Source: Callorhinchus milii
Taxonomy: Eukaryota
Length of the DNA: 64,000 bases
Reading direction: 5' to 3'
NCBI RefSeq assembly: GCF_018977255.1
Contig: NW_024704742.1
Span: forward strand, 11,036,001-11,100,000
The position numbers were made by a program, and so were the translations under genes. Each line of letters begins with the position of its first letter. Position 1 is the first letter of the stretch. Positions 1 to 12,299 of the stretch are shown here, in pieces. Below the pieces are notes generated by a model. The model ran no database searches. It was not told where the DNA came from and worked only from the letters and a program-made list of their open reading frames with translations.

Positions 1-53
1 CAGGTTCTCTTGCTTGCGAGGCGAGTTCTCTAACCACTAAGCTACAGGACTCC
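1..53 (-). mobile_element. tRNA-derived SINE, 5' head only (cut by window edge)
   Basis: Reverse complement reads GGAGTCCTGTAGCTTAGTGGTTAGAG..., the same head as the full copies at 1761 and 30576. Confidence 0.85.
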
Positions 54-74
54 TTACCTATCTTTGGAAGCTCA

Positions 75-350
75 CTGTAATACAGCATGAGGGGAGCGCT
101 GCACTGTTGGAGATGCTTATTAAATCGAGGTCCTGTCTGCTTGTTCAGATGGATGTTAAAGATCCCATGGCACGATCCAAAAAGAGAAGAGTGTCTATTC
201 TGGTTTCCTCACCAACAATACCGCCTGCCCCCATCCCTCCATCCTGATTATATCCACTACATCCCCCATCCACTACATTTTAAAGAAAATTCTGTAAGAC
301 ATTTTGACACATTTTGATATAAAGTGCTACATTGAATGCAAATATTATTA
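75..350 (+). mobile_element. Old SacSINE1/DeuSINE-like SINE fragment
   Basis: Deu-domain-like string GAGGGGAGCGCTGCACTGTTGGAGATGC...TTAAATCGAGGTCCTGTCTGCTTGTTCAGATGGATGTTAAAGATCCCATGGCAC, followed by a decayed tail. Confidence 0.7.
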
Positions 351-1164
351 TGTTAAACTTGAACCTATGAGTTGAAAAGCAGACTTAACCTAAAATACCC
401 AACAGCGATATTGTTGTACTTTGCCTGTATAACAAGCATTCGAATAGGATATTTTTCTTTCTATTTGACATGATAGTGTATAAATAGTGCATTAAGTAAG
501 TTGCACTCTGTGTGGGATTCACTGTTTTCTTTATAATAAATTACAGTGTACTGTTCCCTGAGGTTTTGTGAGAGCTTGAACAGAGGGAAAGCAATTTTCT
601 GTTGAATCTAATCTACATATGTAAATGTAACTCAATTATTATAATTATTAATACAATGACCTTTTAACAGTTATACTTGCCAAGATCAGGAGATACAATT
701 TTTTTTAATTATTAGAGAATGTCTAATTTCTAATTAGTCTGGTTTACACATGCAAAATATGTCCATTTTACAAATTAACTCTCATTAGTCCAGCAGATGA
801 ATAGGATGTTAATAATGGCCTAACAGTTATCCTCTTTAACGTTCATGAAGGAGGTCTAACACATACAGACAGTCATGAAATTGTGAATGATTATATTAAT
901 TACCTTTCAATTTCTTTCCTCCCCCATATCTGCGTCCATGTGGGCTTATTTAATTGGTAATATGAAACTTGACCAAGAATCTCTGATATTGAGCTAATTA
1001 CCCCCAATTTAGTCATTTTGTTTAATTTGAGAAATCTGGTGGAAGCCCGTGGTATAGGTATAGGATGCCATTAAGACAGAAATGTAGAGTTAGCAAAACG
1101 TGCAGTCAGAAAATGCTTGTTAAATAAAGATATTTGGGTTATTGGGGTTTTAGGGGTCTAACAA

Positions 1165-1755
1165 GTTCAGTTAGTGGCCCTTTGACCTTGTGGAAGGTTA
1201 CGAATCTTGCAGAGTCAGAAGGTTGTAGATTCAAGTCGTCATTGGGAATTTGAGATCGAAGTCCAGGCTGCCGCAGTGACTGGAACAGGTTAACAGGTTA
1301 CCAGGAAGATGGTTGAGACGTATAAACTGAACTCATTAAAAAAAGTATCTTTATCATGTGCTGGGAGGAGAGTAGGGTGGGTATGATGGGGGGTGGCGGT
1401 TGAAATCAGATGGGCTCAAAAGCCACCTTCATTCAAATGAGTGTTTGGACACTCCAATGCGATGCTATGTGTGCAATTCACTGCTTTGTCGGAGATACCA
1501 TCCTTTAGATGAAACATTAAACCAAGGTCCCTTCTGTCTGCATGAAAATAGAAGGGAGTTTCTTCTGGTGTCATGGCCAACAATCCTCCAAATAATATTG
1601 GTTCATTTGTTTCATGGCTGTTTGAAGGACATTGCTGTGCACAAATGTACTGCCGCATATGCTTACAAATATACAGTCACTCCTTTTCACAGTGAGTCCT
1701 GTGAAGCACTTTGAGACATCCTTCTGAGATGATAAGGCACTATCACAAATGCACT
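1165..1755 (+). mobile_element. Old DeuSINE-like SINE interrupted by a CR1 3' fragment (~1281-1440)
   Basis: Head GAGTCAGAAGGTTGTAGATTCAAGTC, then CR1-like TGGAACAGGTT...CCAGGAAGATGGTTGAG, then the Deu body resumes (GATGAAACATTAAACCAAGG...GCTGTGCACAAATGTACTGCCGC). Confidence 0.65.
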
Positions 1756-1760
1756 ATCGT

Positions 1761-2077
1761 GGAGTCCTGTAGCTCAGTGGTTAGAGCACTTGCCTTGCAA
1801 GCGAGACACCTGGGTTCAATTCCAGGCAGGGCGAAACCTTGGGCAAGTTTCCTTACTCCACACACCTAATAATAATCCCTCCAAAACAAAACAATAATAA
1901 ATTGGTCATTTTCAATCCACGACTGTTTGTGGGACACTGCTGTGCGCAATTGGCTGCCGTGTTTCGCCTACAAATATACGGTCAATTCACTTAACAGCAT
2001 ATTCTGTGAAGCACTTTGAGACGTCTAGAATATGTGAAAAGCGCTAGATCAAATGCAAGGATTATTATTATTATTAT
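1761..2077 (+). mobile_element. tRNA-Ala-derived SINE, full length, short subfamily
   Basis: A box TAGCTCAGTGG, anticodon arm with TGC, B box GGTTCAATTCC, body GCTGTGCGCAATTGGCTGCCG, (TTA)n tail. Confidence 0.92.
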
Positions 2078-2994
2078 CATTATGATTATTCCCTTCATGG
2101 GAATGTCCCTATACCTTACAGAAAGAACATGTTTTAACATGTTTCAATGTGAAGTTTCACTGTGCTATATAAAATGCAATTAATTTTATTTCTTAACAGA
2201 ATTGCAGTTTTTTAGCCAGTTAGTTTTAATTGAGCTTGATTTCAGAAGTTGATCAGACACAAAACATCATTTTGAGATGGTCATTGCAATCATTTTTCAT
2301 GTGGCTATGCTGACTTTTGGCAGCAATTAGATTGTCTTGAGGGTGGATTATAGTTGATCAACTGCAAAAATACTGTCGCTACGCTTTGTAAATCCTGTAA
2401 AACACTCAGAATTTTCGGTGACATGATACAGCTCTATATCGAAGACAAGGATTTTTGTTTCAATCATGTCAGCACTTTTAATGCAGTGTAGCTGTGTTTA
2501 GACACTTAACTGTATAACTGGATTGTTTATGTAATTCAGAAATGGAGAGCCACAAAAAATAATCTGAAAAGGATTCCTTAATTAGGGAATTGTATTGCAA
2601 TTTATATTGACCCAAGGAAACTCTGCTCTGGAAGTATATCATGTCAGAGGAGATTTCTCTGGGATGCTATCCTGTGTGAAGGGCACTAAATAAAAGAAAT
2701 TGTTGTTGTTCTCATGGGTCACTGTGACATACTTCCAGTTACCGGAAGAAATCCCAATTTGCTTGACTTGGATGTCTTGTTAAAAAAAACCATAAATAAA
2801 TACCATAAATGAAACCCCATTACATTTAGAGACAAGCATTAAAAATATGTGGTGGGAAATTGAGTAAATGATCCAGAGTCAGAAATTGTGGGTTCGGTGA
2901 AACAGTGGTTAAGGGATATTACCAAGTTTCTTTGCATCATTGTGAGAGGAAATCAAGGTAAGAAAGGACATTTAAGAACCTGGAAAGAATGAGT

Positions 2995-3321
2995 TAATAA
3001 TAATAATAATAATCCTTGCATTTGATATAGCGCTTTTCACGTCCGGAGGACGTCCCAAAGCGCTTCACAGAACACACTGTAAAGTGAATTGACTGCATAT
3101 TTGTGGGCGAACGCGGCAGCCAATTGCGCACAGCAATGTCCCACAAACAGTCGTAGATTGAAAATGACCAATTTTTACTATTGTCTTTGATTTTTGGAGG
3201 GGTCATTATTAGGCTCTGTGTGGAGTAAGGAAACTTGCCCAAGGTTTCGCCCTCTGCCTGGAATTGAACTCAGGTCTCTCCTTGCAAAGCGATTGCTCTA
3301 ACCACTGAGCTACAGGACTCC
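2995..3321 (-). mobile_element. tRNA-Ala-derived SINE, full length, young short subfamily
   Basis: Near-identical reverse complement of 30576-30890 and 58941-59269; CpGs retained. Confidence 0.93.
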
Positions 3322-3372
3322 AGGAGTTGGAGGCGGAGATAACATAATGAGTTTTCATTTCAAAATGGTTGC

Positions 3373-3633
3373 AATAATAATAATAATCCTTGCATTTGAT
3401 GTAACATCTTATCACATCTTTGAGATGTCTCAAAGCGCTTACAGAATATTCTGCAAAGTGAATTGACTGTATATTTTGTGGCGAAATGTGGCAGCCAATT
3501 GCATACAGCAGTGTCTCACAAACAGTTGTGGATTGAGTGACCAAATTATTATTAATGTTTCGTCCTGCCTGGAATCAAACTCAGGTCCTCTCACTTGTGA
3601 GGTGAGTGCTCTAAATACAAGGCTACAGGACTC
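3373..3633 (-). mobile_element. tRNA-derived SINE with internal deletion
   Basis: Tail TAATAATCCTTGCATTTGAT, body, and head GCTACAGGACTC; middle section missing. Confidence 0.85.
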
Positions 3634-4394
3634 TGCAATTCCATTTGTGATGCAAGTAATGCAGGGAGTTGGATGATCAAGTAGGATGCTGCATGTGGAG
3701 CTGAAGAGGACTAAGAGAGAAAAGGTGGAGGACTAATAACTACCAGTAATAATGATGAAACAGAGTTGCAACAGAGAGAAAGGTTAGAGGCAAGAAGTGA
3801 GAGAAGGATCACCTGTCAGATAACAGTAATGGGCTAAAACCTGTCCTTTAATGATGCATTGGGCTGAGCGATAACGCATTGTGCCTCAAACTTTTTCAAA
3901 TTGTTCTACTCTATCTGCTGTAAGGAAGTCACATTTTGCGGCATCAAATATTGATGAGTTCATTTAAATGAACTTGCCACACATTTGGATTTCTGCATTG
4001 GGAACAATAGATTTGTGCCATGCTGGATATAGATCTCCCCATACATTTTAGCTTATTTTACATTCTTATAGATGCTGTCTGGTGTGAAGGGCGCTATATA
4101 AATGCACGTTGTTGTTGTTGTTATATTGAGATACCTGGCTTAGGGTGCTGGATAGGAAGTACAGTTTTTGAACTGGAATTTTAATTTTTGGTGCAAGTAT
4201 TTTACAGAGTATTGAGGCATTAAACACTGCAGCTGATATGATAAATGTTAAAATGCATTTATTAGGGTCTATCTTTCGATCCTTTTCTTGGGATATTGCT
4301 GGAGAGACAAATGAGGAGCCATTCTGTTTGGGTCTAGATTTACTCTCTCTATATAGTATTTGCATAATGCAGTATTCTTATTATTTTAGAATGT

Positions 4395-4520
4395 CCAAAG
4401 TTTGGCAAATTGTTGAATTCAGTCTTAACTTTGAAGTCAGCTTTCTGTAGTCCTTAATAGAAACTTATAGAAAGCTGGCTTCACGATTAAGGCTGTGTGT
4501 CTGAACTTGGCAAATTATGT
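4395..4520. repeat. Old palindromic (MITE-like) element
   Basis: AGTCTTAACTTTGAAGTCAGCTTTCTGTA pairs imperfectly with TATAGAAAGCTGGCTTCACGATTAAGGCT; shares GGCAAATTGTTGAATTCA with 11930-12060. Confidence 0.55.
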
Positions 4521-5829
4521 ATGCTTTGAAATTCAAAGAAAATAGACTGTTTGAACCCAGATGGAATTTCTACCCCATAATAGAAGTTGGAAGATAACTA
4601 TGTTTCAGTTCTATGCTCACTTGATAAAACTACAGCCAAATATGGAACGGTGCCATGTAGACCAGCAAGGTTACAGCTTTAATCTCAGGGATAATGGATA
4701 TTGTTGAGGATTTTAGCCTCAGTGTTGTGGGACTGGGGATGAAATGCTAGCTGAGGATTCTTTTCCTAATCGTTATTTAGTGACTCTTGTTAGAAAATGT
4801 GCTAGGCTGCTTGAGTGAAAGACTGGAAAGCAAAGCAGAGGTTGGAGAGGAAGGGATAGTCAATTGTCCCCTCCCTCTCCACCAATACCAGGATTGTCTT
4901 ATAAAAAATGCTTCCATTGTGAAAAGTGAATGACACAAGGTTTTTACTGTGACACAGAGATTTAAAAAGATGCAACAAAAGGAGATATCTTCTTGGAGGC
5001 AGAGGAAATTGTCAGAGTTCAATATAACTGGCCAGCTTCCACTGGGTTCAAGCATATGCTTAGAATTTGGTAAAACTTTCCAATCGAGAGATGGATTCTC
5101 AATATTGTTGGTTATTTCACACACCACTGCACCATCCTTTGAAACAAGTCTATAAATTTGCTCGGTGAGCCAGATTTGTGTACATCCGTGCTATGATTTC
5201 CGAGTGTTGTGAAATAGCCACTGACAGTTGCGAAAGAAAACTCTTTGTCGATCTTCTGGGCAAAGCAGGATTTTCAGAACATTAAAATAAAGTATCGATT
5301 GTCAGCCCAGAGAAAACCAATTTTGGTGAAAAGGGGTCTCTTTTCACCAAAAGATGCATGTTTGTGTAATGAATTACCTTGTCCTCTGAAAAATCTCTGA
5401 TTATACGAAATCCAACAGAGCTCTGGCAGAATTCTGTAAAAATCAGATTTGAAAGTAATTGTTAAACATTTGTTTTTGATTCCTTCTCCTGGTGAAGATC
5501 GTTTTTATTTATTACTGCATAGATGGACCTGTTTAACACATGATTTTTCCAGCAAATTGGCTATTCCAATTCTAATTTGTTTTGTAAACTGAAGGAATAC
5601 TCGATAGGAGTAACTGTGAAAATCATTCGCAAGGAAAACTCAGGAGTTTGACTGGTGAAAGCTTTTTCTGCACAAGTTAAAAAATTCCACTTTGCATTGT
5701 CTGTATACATGTGCTTTACCATGTAATGCTTTCCAGTATGTAATGTGTGAGCTTGGTGAATGAACAAGATAGAAGGGTACCAAAGTGCACAGACTGCAAG
5801 GTGACAACTTTGGATTGCATTGAAAAAAC

Positions 5830-5958
5830 TGCTCGTGGGACTCTGCTGTCTGCAATTGGCTGCATGTTTCTCCCACAACACATTCAGTCAATTTATTTTA
5901 CAGTATATTCTGTGAAGTGCTTTGAGATGTCTCAATGATGTGATAAGGGGCTATATTT
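5830..5958 (+). mobile_element. SINE 3' half
   Basis: GTGGGACTCTGCTGTCTGCAATTGGCTGC...TGTGAAGTGCTTTGAGATGTCTC. Confidence 0.8.
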
Positions 5959-6784
5959 TGTGGGCAAAACCCCTCAATTACTATCCAATTCCCTTCTCCC
6001 TCTTTCTTCATGCCCCTTGCTCTCAATGACCAACTCTCAATCTCTCTTCCTCCAGTTGTTCAGTCGTTCAGTCTAATAAGAACAGTAGCTCTGTTGTACT
6101 TCAAGTGATCACACTTTTCCTATCTAGCAAGTGTCTTTTCACATCCACCTACCCTACAAAATAGTCAGTAGACTTGACGGTATATGCTGCAAAGTACTTT
6201 GAGACATTTTCTTGACTGAACGGTGCTATAAGAAATGGCAGGATTTTTTAAATGCTTTCTCTAAATCATTTCTTGTGTTGGCACCAGGGAGATAAAACAA
6301 TAAGAAGCAAAAAAAAAAGCAATAAGAGGCAAAATTACATTTATCAAAATGAAGGTACCGGTGCATTTCATTAAGCAACATACTTCATTTCCACAATGGG
6401 CTCCATGGGTTGACAGCAGGTTCTGACCCCAGAAGGTGAGTAGGTCTGACCTCTTCTGGCTTCATTCTCCAATTAGTGTCGCTTTGACATTGCTACAAGG
6501 TGCATGTCCTGGTACAAATATACAACAAGAAGTTGAAAAAGTGAAAGAGGACAGGAAGGGGAGGAGATGAATAAAAATATATCTATACTTGACCTGAGTT
6601 AGAACTGGCGAGTAGAAATAGAAACAAAAAAGAATATTTAGCCTGTGGAGGGTTTGAAAAAACGGCTTGCGGTTTGGGCCATTGGTCTCGGCGGGACATT
6701 TTGAAATGGCATCACCATGCTTGGAACCTCGGAACCTCACCGGTGACTGTCGATGTGATGTTACCCTCCCTCCTCCCTTCGTTG

Positions 6785-7025
6785 CACCATTGGTGGCCAC
6801 ACTTTCAGCCGTTATGCCCCGAAATTCTGGAAAAATCTTCCTCTATCCCTCCACCTTGCCTCTTCTTTCCCCATTTTCAGGTCATGCTTGAAGAACTTCC
6901 CGTTTGACCGTCCTGCGGTCACCTCCCCCTGCCCTCGGGTCGCCGTCGTGCTCCACCACTGTCAAGTGCTCTGGGATGCTACCTTGTGTGAGGGGTGAAA
7001 TAGAAATGCAAGTAGTTGTTGTTGC
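6785..7025 (+). mobile_element. L2 LINE 3' end fragment
   Basis: Translates as TIGGHTFSRYAPKFW (L2 ORF2 C-terminus), then 3' UTR ending ATAGAAATGCAAGTAGTTGTTGTTG. Confidence 0.7.
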
Positions 7026-7119
7026 TGCCTGTTGGCTCTAGTGAAGCCTCTGGTCTGGCTGATCGCTTGCTTGTGTCTTCAGGCACAGGGCCAGGTTGAT
7101 TGGCGTGGTTGATTTCTTG

Positions 7120-7318
7120 TCTTCCTTCCTTGAATCTCGAATCTCACATCTCAAAACCCTCCTTTTCGACCATGCCTTCAGCCACCCTCCTCCCTCTCTT
7201 CCTCCCTCACTCCAACCCTGCCCCACCACACTCGGGTCCTGATGCCTGACTGTTCAGCGCCTTGGGACGTCCTCCCAATATGAAAGGCCCTTCAGAAATG
7301 TAATTTTGTTGTTGTTGT
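7120..7318 (+). mobile_element. L2 LINE 3' end fragment
   Basis: CTCAAAACCCTCCTTTTCGACCATGCCTTCAGC...GCGCCTTGGGACGTCCTCCC...(TTG)n. Confidence 0.8.
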
Positions 7319-8264
7319 AAAGACCTCAATGGTGATGGGTTTGGCTGCCTGCCAAACAAGGAAAAAAGGGAAAGTAGGTGGACTTGAAAAGGTTAGTTTT
7401 TAGGTGGGATTTAAAGATAGATAGAAAGGAGATGAAACATAGCGATAATGGGAGGAAGTTGCAGAAATTAAGGGCATAGTAACTGAAGTCTCAGAGTGGC
7501 CGGCGTACACAGCAAGCCTTTGTTAGCAGAGCGGAGGGAGGGATCAGAGAGGTTAAAATGTAAAGGAAGGGGAGCTAAGGATTGAACCAGATGCTGAGTG
7601 TCTCCATTCGTTCGTTGAGTTTATGAGAGGACCAAAGAGGTTGAGGAGGTCAGATCTGAAATTTGCAGACATGTTGGCTTCCATCTTGTCTACAATAAGT
7701 GCATAAAATTGCTATAATAGCACATAAGAACATATGCTAGACCAAGGTCCATATAGTTCACCTTCCACCTTCCTGGTGGTTGCATATGCTCCAAACTACC
7801 TTTGTACTATATCCCATAATGTTGTTTCCTAGTAACATCATGAGATATAGTACATAGCACCATTTTGTTGTGTTCCAAAGTAAACTTTTGAATTATCACA
7901 GAGGAGGATGCAACCTGAGGCAAGGATCTCTGTGCATCTCTGATCGCTGATGATCCACCAACAAACACCAAAGTTGTACACTGCCACTGGAGTGCCATTG
8001 TAGTACCAGTTCTGGAGATAAAATTAGAAGTTTAGTTTCTATGGTGACTGAGCTAAGAGTTTGCACCTTGTAATGTGTGTGACCAGCATTGTTTAACACC
8101 CTTAATTGTGTTGAGGAATTTTTAAAGCATTTTATTAACCTCTCACCTTTCCAGCTCAGCGTGATCCTCAAGCAGGGACCTCAACAACCAGTGCAGGAAA
8201 AACTTGTAAACTACTTGAGCTTCATTCCTGTGGTTTGTGTTAACCTACTCATTCTATTACATAT

Positions 8265-8475
8265 ATATTTTCCTGTGGTAATAATTCCTTCCAAAGAAAA
8301 ATAATAATTGGATCACTCAATCCACAACTGCTTGTGGGATACTGCGATTGGCTGCCGAGTTTAACCTAGAAAAACATATAGTCAATTCACCTTAGAGTAT
8401 ATTCTGTGAAGCGCTTTGAGACGTTTCGAAGACATGATAAGGCGCTTTATCAGATGCAAGTATTATTATTATATA
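8265..8475 (+). mobile_element. SINE 3' two-thirds
   Basis: TCACTCAATCCACAACTG...GTGAAGCGCTTTGAGACG...ATGCAAGTATTATTA. Confidence 0.85.
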
Positions 8476-9069
8476 TATTCTCTCAATAAAGGGAGTTTAT
8501 GATACTCGCAATGCACAATGTATCCTACTAGTGTGAGTAACTTAAGTTATGATCATAAAAAGCAGTCAGCTTTCTGTGAGTAACCATAGGCAACCTGCCT
8601 GAGTATGGGGAAAATGCAGACAAGTGCAACTTACCAGAGGCCAATTTCAGAGAGCAAGCCCAGTCATGATTGGCTAAATTAGAGTAAAACATTTCTGAGG
8701 GAACCTCATCATACATAGTTCTCTGGCTCCAATAGTGCTTTAAGTGCATAAAACAATACTGACTTATAATAATAATAATAATCTTTCCATTTACAAGAGT
8801 GCCTTATCATGTCTTCGAGACAACTCAACTTCTGGTTGCAGCTGCTGTCAGCCAGCCTTCCAAGTGCACACCACATGCAGGAAATTACGTCAGTGGCATC
8901 CTGATGCTTCGGAGATCAGACAGTTTTTGGAGCAGGAAAATATTTTTTGCCTTTTACGTCAGAGGATGGCTCAAAGCGCTTCACAGGATTTACTGTAAAG
9001 GGAATAAAGCGCTCCGGGATGCTAACTCGCGTGAAGGGCACTATATAAATGCAAGTTGTTGCCGTTAAT

Positions 9070-9390
9070 TTGTAACTCTGACTGTATTTGTAAGCAACTG
9101 CGGCAGCAAATTTGCACTTAGCAATGTCCCACAAACAGCCATGAAGTGAATGACTAATTTTATCTGGGGCATTGTTGGTCATGAAGAAACCCCCTTATTT
9201 TCTAATGGTGCCATAGGACCTGAACAGGTAAACAGGATCTTGGTTTAATGTCTCATCCAAAGGAGGAGACCTCTAACAACGCAGCACATACCACAGAACT
9301 GCACTAAATTGTCAGCCTAGACTACAAGTTCAAAAACCCACCACCTTCTGGCTCATTAATGAGAGTGCTATCAACTGAGCCATGCTGACG
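9070..9390 (-). mobile_element. Old DeuSINE-like SINE
   Basis: Reverse strand shows head GGCTCAGTTGATAGCACTCTC, Deu core (TTGGATGAGACATTAAACCAAG) and TGTTTGTGGGACATTGC. Confidence 0.7.
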
Positions 9391-10639
9391 CCTCCAGTTC
9401 TCCAGGAAACCAGCCAATAAGCACCAGAACTGGCTGCATAACAGAAGCAATGTTGGGAAAGTTCTTTCAATATGTTTGTTGGTTTCATTCAAAACTTGCA
9501 AAAATAATGAGTAAAGGGAAGAAATAATATTCGGGAAGAGGAATTAGAAGTCAGATTGAATTATTGCTGCTTTGTAGTTAACATAATTAAAATCTATTTA
9601 AATTTGAGTTTTGAATAATCTTAGTTCCGAGGAAAAAAATATTCTGTTTTACTTTTTTAAAAAAAACATACTTCTGTTCTTTGTTTGTCTTATCTGTCTT
9701 TTCATGAGGAAATGTAAGAGGTTTTTTTTATTTTAAAAAACTTTGTGCAGCCCAGCAAAAGAAATACAAGCTGAATAGTTTCATAGAACTTTTAGTCTTT
9801 CACTTATTCTCACATAAAACATTATGAGTTTTTCTTTAATTTTCCAAACTTGTGGTAACACAGACTCATGTTTTTATTTATACATTTATTCTTTAACTTT
9901 TTTTAAAAAATCAGGGTTTGTGGTATCACAAATTTGAGAATTTTTTTTAAAAAGCCCTCACAAGCCTGTTAATCATGACAGTGCTCAGTCAATATATTAA
10001 GCTCATTGAGACTAGGAAAATGACCGAATTAAGAAGAGACGTAAATTACCATTGGCATTACTTTCAACGCCTTTGTTGTAAAGTTTATGCATTTCAATTA
10101 TAATGCTGTATCTGGCTGCAACAGAGCCTAGTATGTAGTACATAGATAAACGCCCTGGCAAAGGATCTGTTAGATGGGTAGTGAATACAAATTAAACTAA
10201 TTGTATAAATTTGAGAAACCAAGTGTAAACCCTACTTTCATTCTTGGTTTTATAAACCCCCCCTTCCCCTCTACCCACACACCACATTCTCATATATTGT
10301 GTCTAAGCTATGACATTCGACTTGTGAACTGCAGTTTTTCAACTGCCTGTCAATAGGATATCAGCTCTTTTTTTAGACATTTTCGTTTGTTAAGAAAAGT
10401 GGTACTTGTTAACCGGCAACTGGAGACTTCAATCTGAGAGAGAGCTGGAATCACAATGCCTGGCTTTATAGATGTCAAAGATCACAAAATGGGTTGTGCA
10501 CTCCCACTAGGTCGTGATCTCTGGGATTCTATCCTGCATGAAGGGCGCTATATATATACAAGATGCTGTTGTTGAACAGCGGTGTTCTGTGCCGCCTAAC
10601 CAGAGCATTGTAAAGCCCGAGTATGATGTCTGGGAATCT

Positions 10640-10900
10640 GAACTCAACTGACTTGGCAATCTAGCTAATGCATCCTGTTTGCCTTGTTTTTTGCTGCCTC
10701 ACACTGTTTTGAAATGATGAGCAATGAGTCAACTAACACCCCTAAATCTCTTTTCAGCTCCTCCTTCCAACACAAAAATAATAGGTGGGTTCTTTCCAAT
10801 ATGCGGAGGAATACCTTGTTAAAATTGCATTTGAATGTGATCCATTTCAGCACCATCCTCTTGCAACAACTTCAGTTCTTCCTCTGTTACTTGTTCCAAT
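10640..10900 (-). mobile_element. CR1 LINE ORF2 fragment (decayed)
   Basis: Translation KRDLGVLVDSLLIISKQCEAAKNKANRM matches the CR1 post-RT motif (RDLGV.VD..L.....C..A..KAN.M). Confidence 0.8.
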
Positions 10901-11929
10901 AATCTCTGTGCCTAATTATTTGTAAGATTTGTTAGATCTATTAAAGGCATTGCCACACCATAAATATTCATGAAGGTTTCTGCCTTCATAGTGTTTAGAC
11001 ATTTTTCTCCCAGGGGCAAATTTAAATGACAAATAAACCTGTACTCTGTGATAAAAATGTAGAATACAGTGATTTAAAACCTTCCTACAATAATACATTT
11101 GTTTTCATGCCTACGTGCCCAAGGGTGAAATATTGAGTGAGTGGAGGGGAAAAAAACCTCAACGTCAGGACCAAGGCAGCCTGCATTATCTGAGCTTGTG
11201 ACTAATCCATCTGTCAGGTTAGACATACCCCACACTATATAATTAAGTCCATACATTTAGTACCCACCTGTGTGACTTTTCTTTAATACTTCTGCAAGGA
11301 ACTCCATGAAAGAAATTTCTGGTCACATGAGACATAACAATGATCTAAGTATTATTAAATAATATTCATCCACATCAATGATTAATCTTTAGTTTGCCGC
11401 TCAATGAGTTTTGTTTGAAGGGATGTATTTGCTTTTTTTCCCCCTTTTCTACATGCAACTTTAATTAAAATGCATTCCCATTCTCCCACTTGCTAGCTTT
11501 CGGGAGTTTCTGTAAAACTGTGACATGATAATGATTTTAAGTCAAAATAATAGACTTCCTTCCCTTTCCCCTCCCCCCCACACACACTTTTTTTTTTATC
11601 CGAACGACATTGTCACGTTTAAAAAAAACACAAAACGTCAAAGGCATTGTGTCAGGCAGAATGAGTTAGAATTAGTTAAAAGGGAAAAAGAGAATCTGGA
11701 ATCAAATAAAACAAAGGAATCTAAAGGGATTAGTAGTCTGAAAGACTTTTGAAAGATAATGGGAAAGGGGTGGTGGCAGAGAGAAAAATTACACGATAGG
11801 GTTGTCATCACATTCTCTTCAGGTCACCTGTATGTCTATTACAGTGGTGGTTTCAGACTCCCAGCAACATTAGCTGATGGGTAAAATTTCACATGGGTCT
11901 AAATTTATTGAAACAAAGCATTTCACAGC

Positions 11930-12060
11930 AAACAGAGTTTGGTAAATTCTTCGACACAGTTTTCAGTTTTGAACTCTGTTTTCTGTATGTTTCTTTGAGA
12001 AAGACTTAAAAAAAACTTAAAAGTTCAGATTGAATTCAACAATTTGCCATATTCTGAAAG
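11930..12060. repeat. Old palindromic (MITE-like) element, second copy
   Basis: CAGAGTTTGGTAAATT...AATTTGCCATATTCTG inverted ends; related to 4395-4520. Confidence 0.45.
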
Positions 12061-12299
12061 CTCTGACTTGTTCAGTTAATAGAGTAATTCTGATGTCCAT
12101 TGATGTTCTGCATCAGATTTTTGCAGCAAAAGATGGTTAAGACGGCCTTCAATCCTCCTCAACTCCCACCAACTTATCCTCACCGCTGACCTCCTCAATC
12201 TCCTTGGCATCGATCTCAAACTATCCCAGCCAGTTTGCCCATTAGCTCTTCTTCCATTTGATACCTAACGATGACTGCTTTTCTATCCCCTCTCCCTCC

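Noticed and set aside
2994-3242. Recurrent ORFs such as ...[15 protein letters not shown]...[10 protein letters not shown]
   Set aside because: These are translations of the SINE body and (TTA)n tail, not a protein family.
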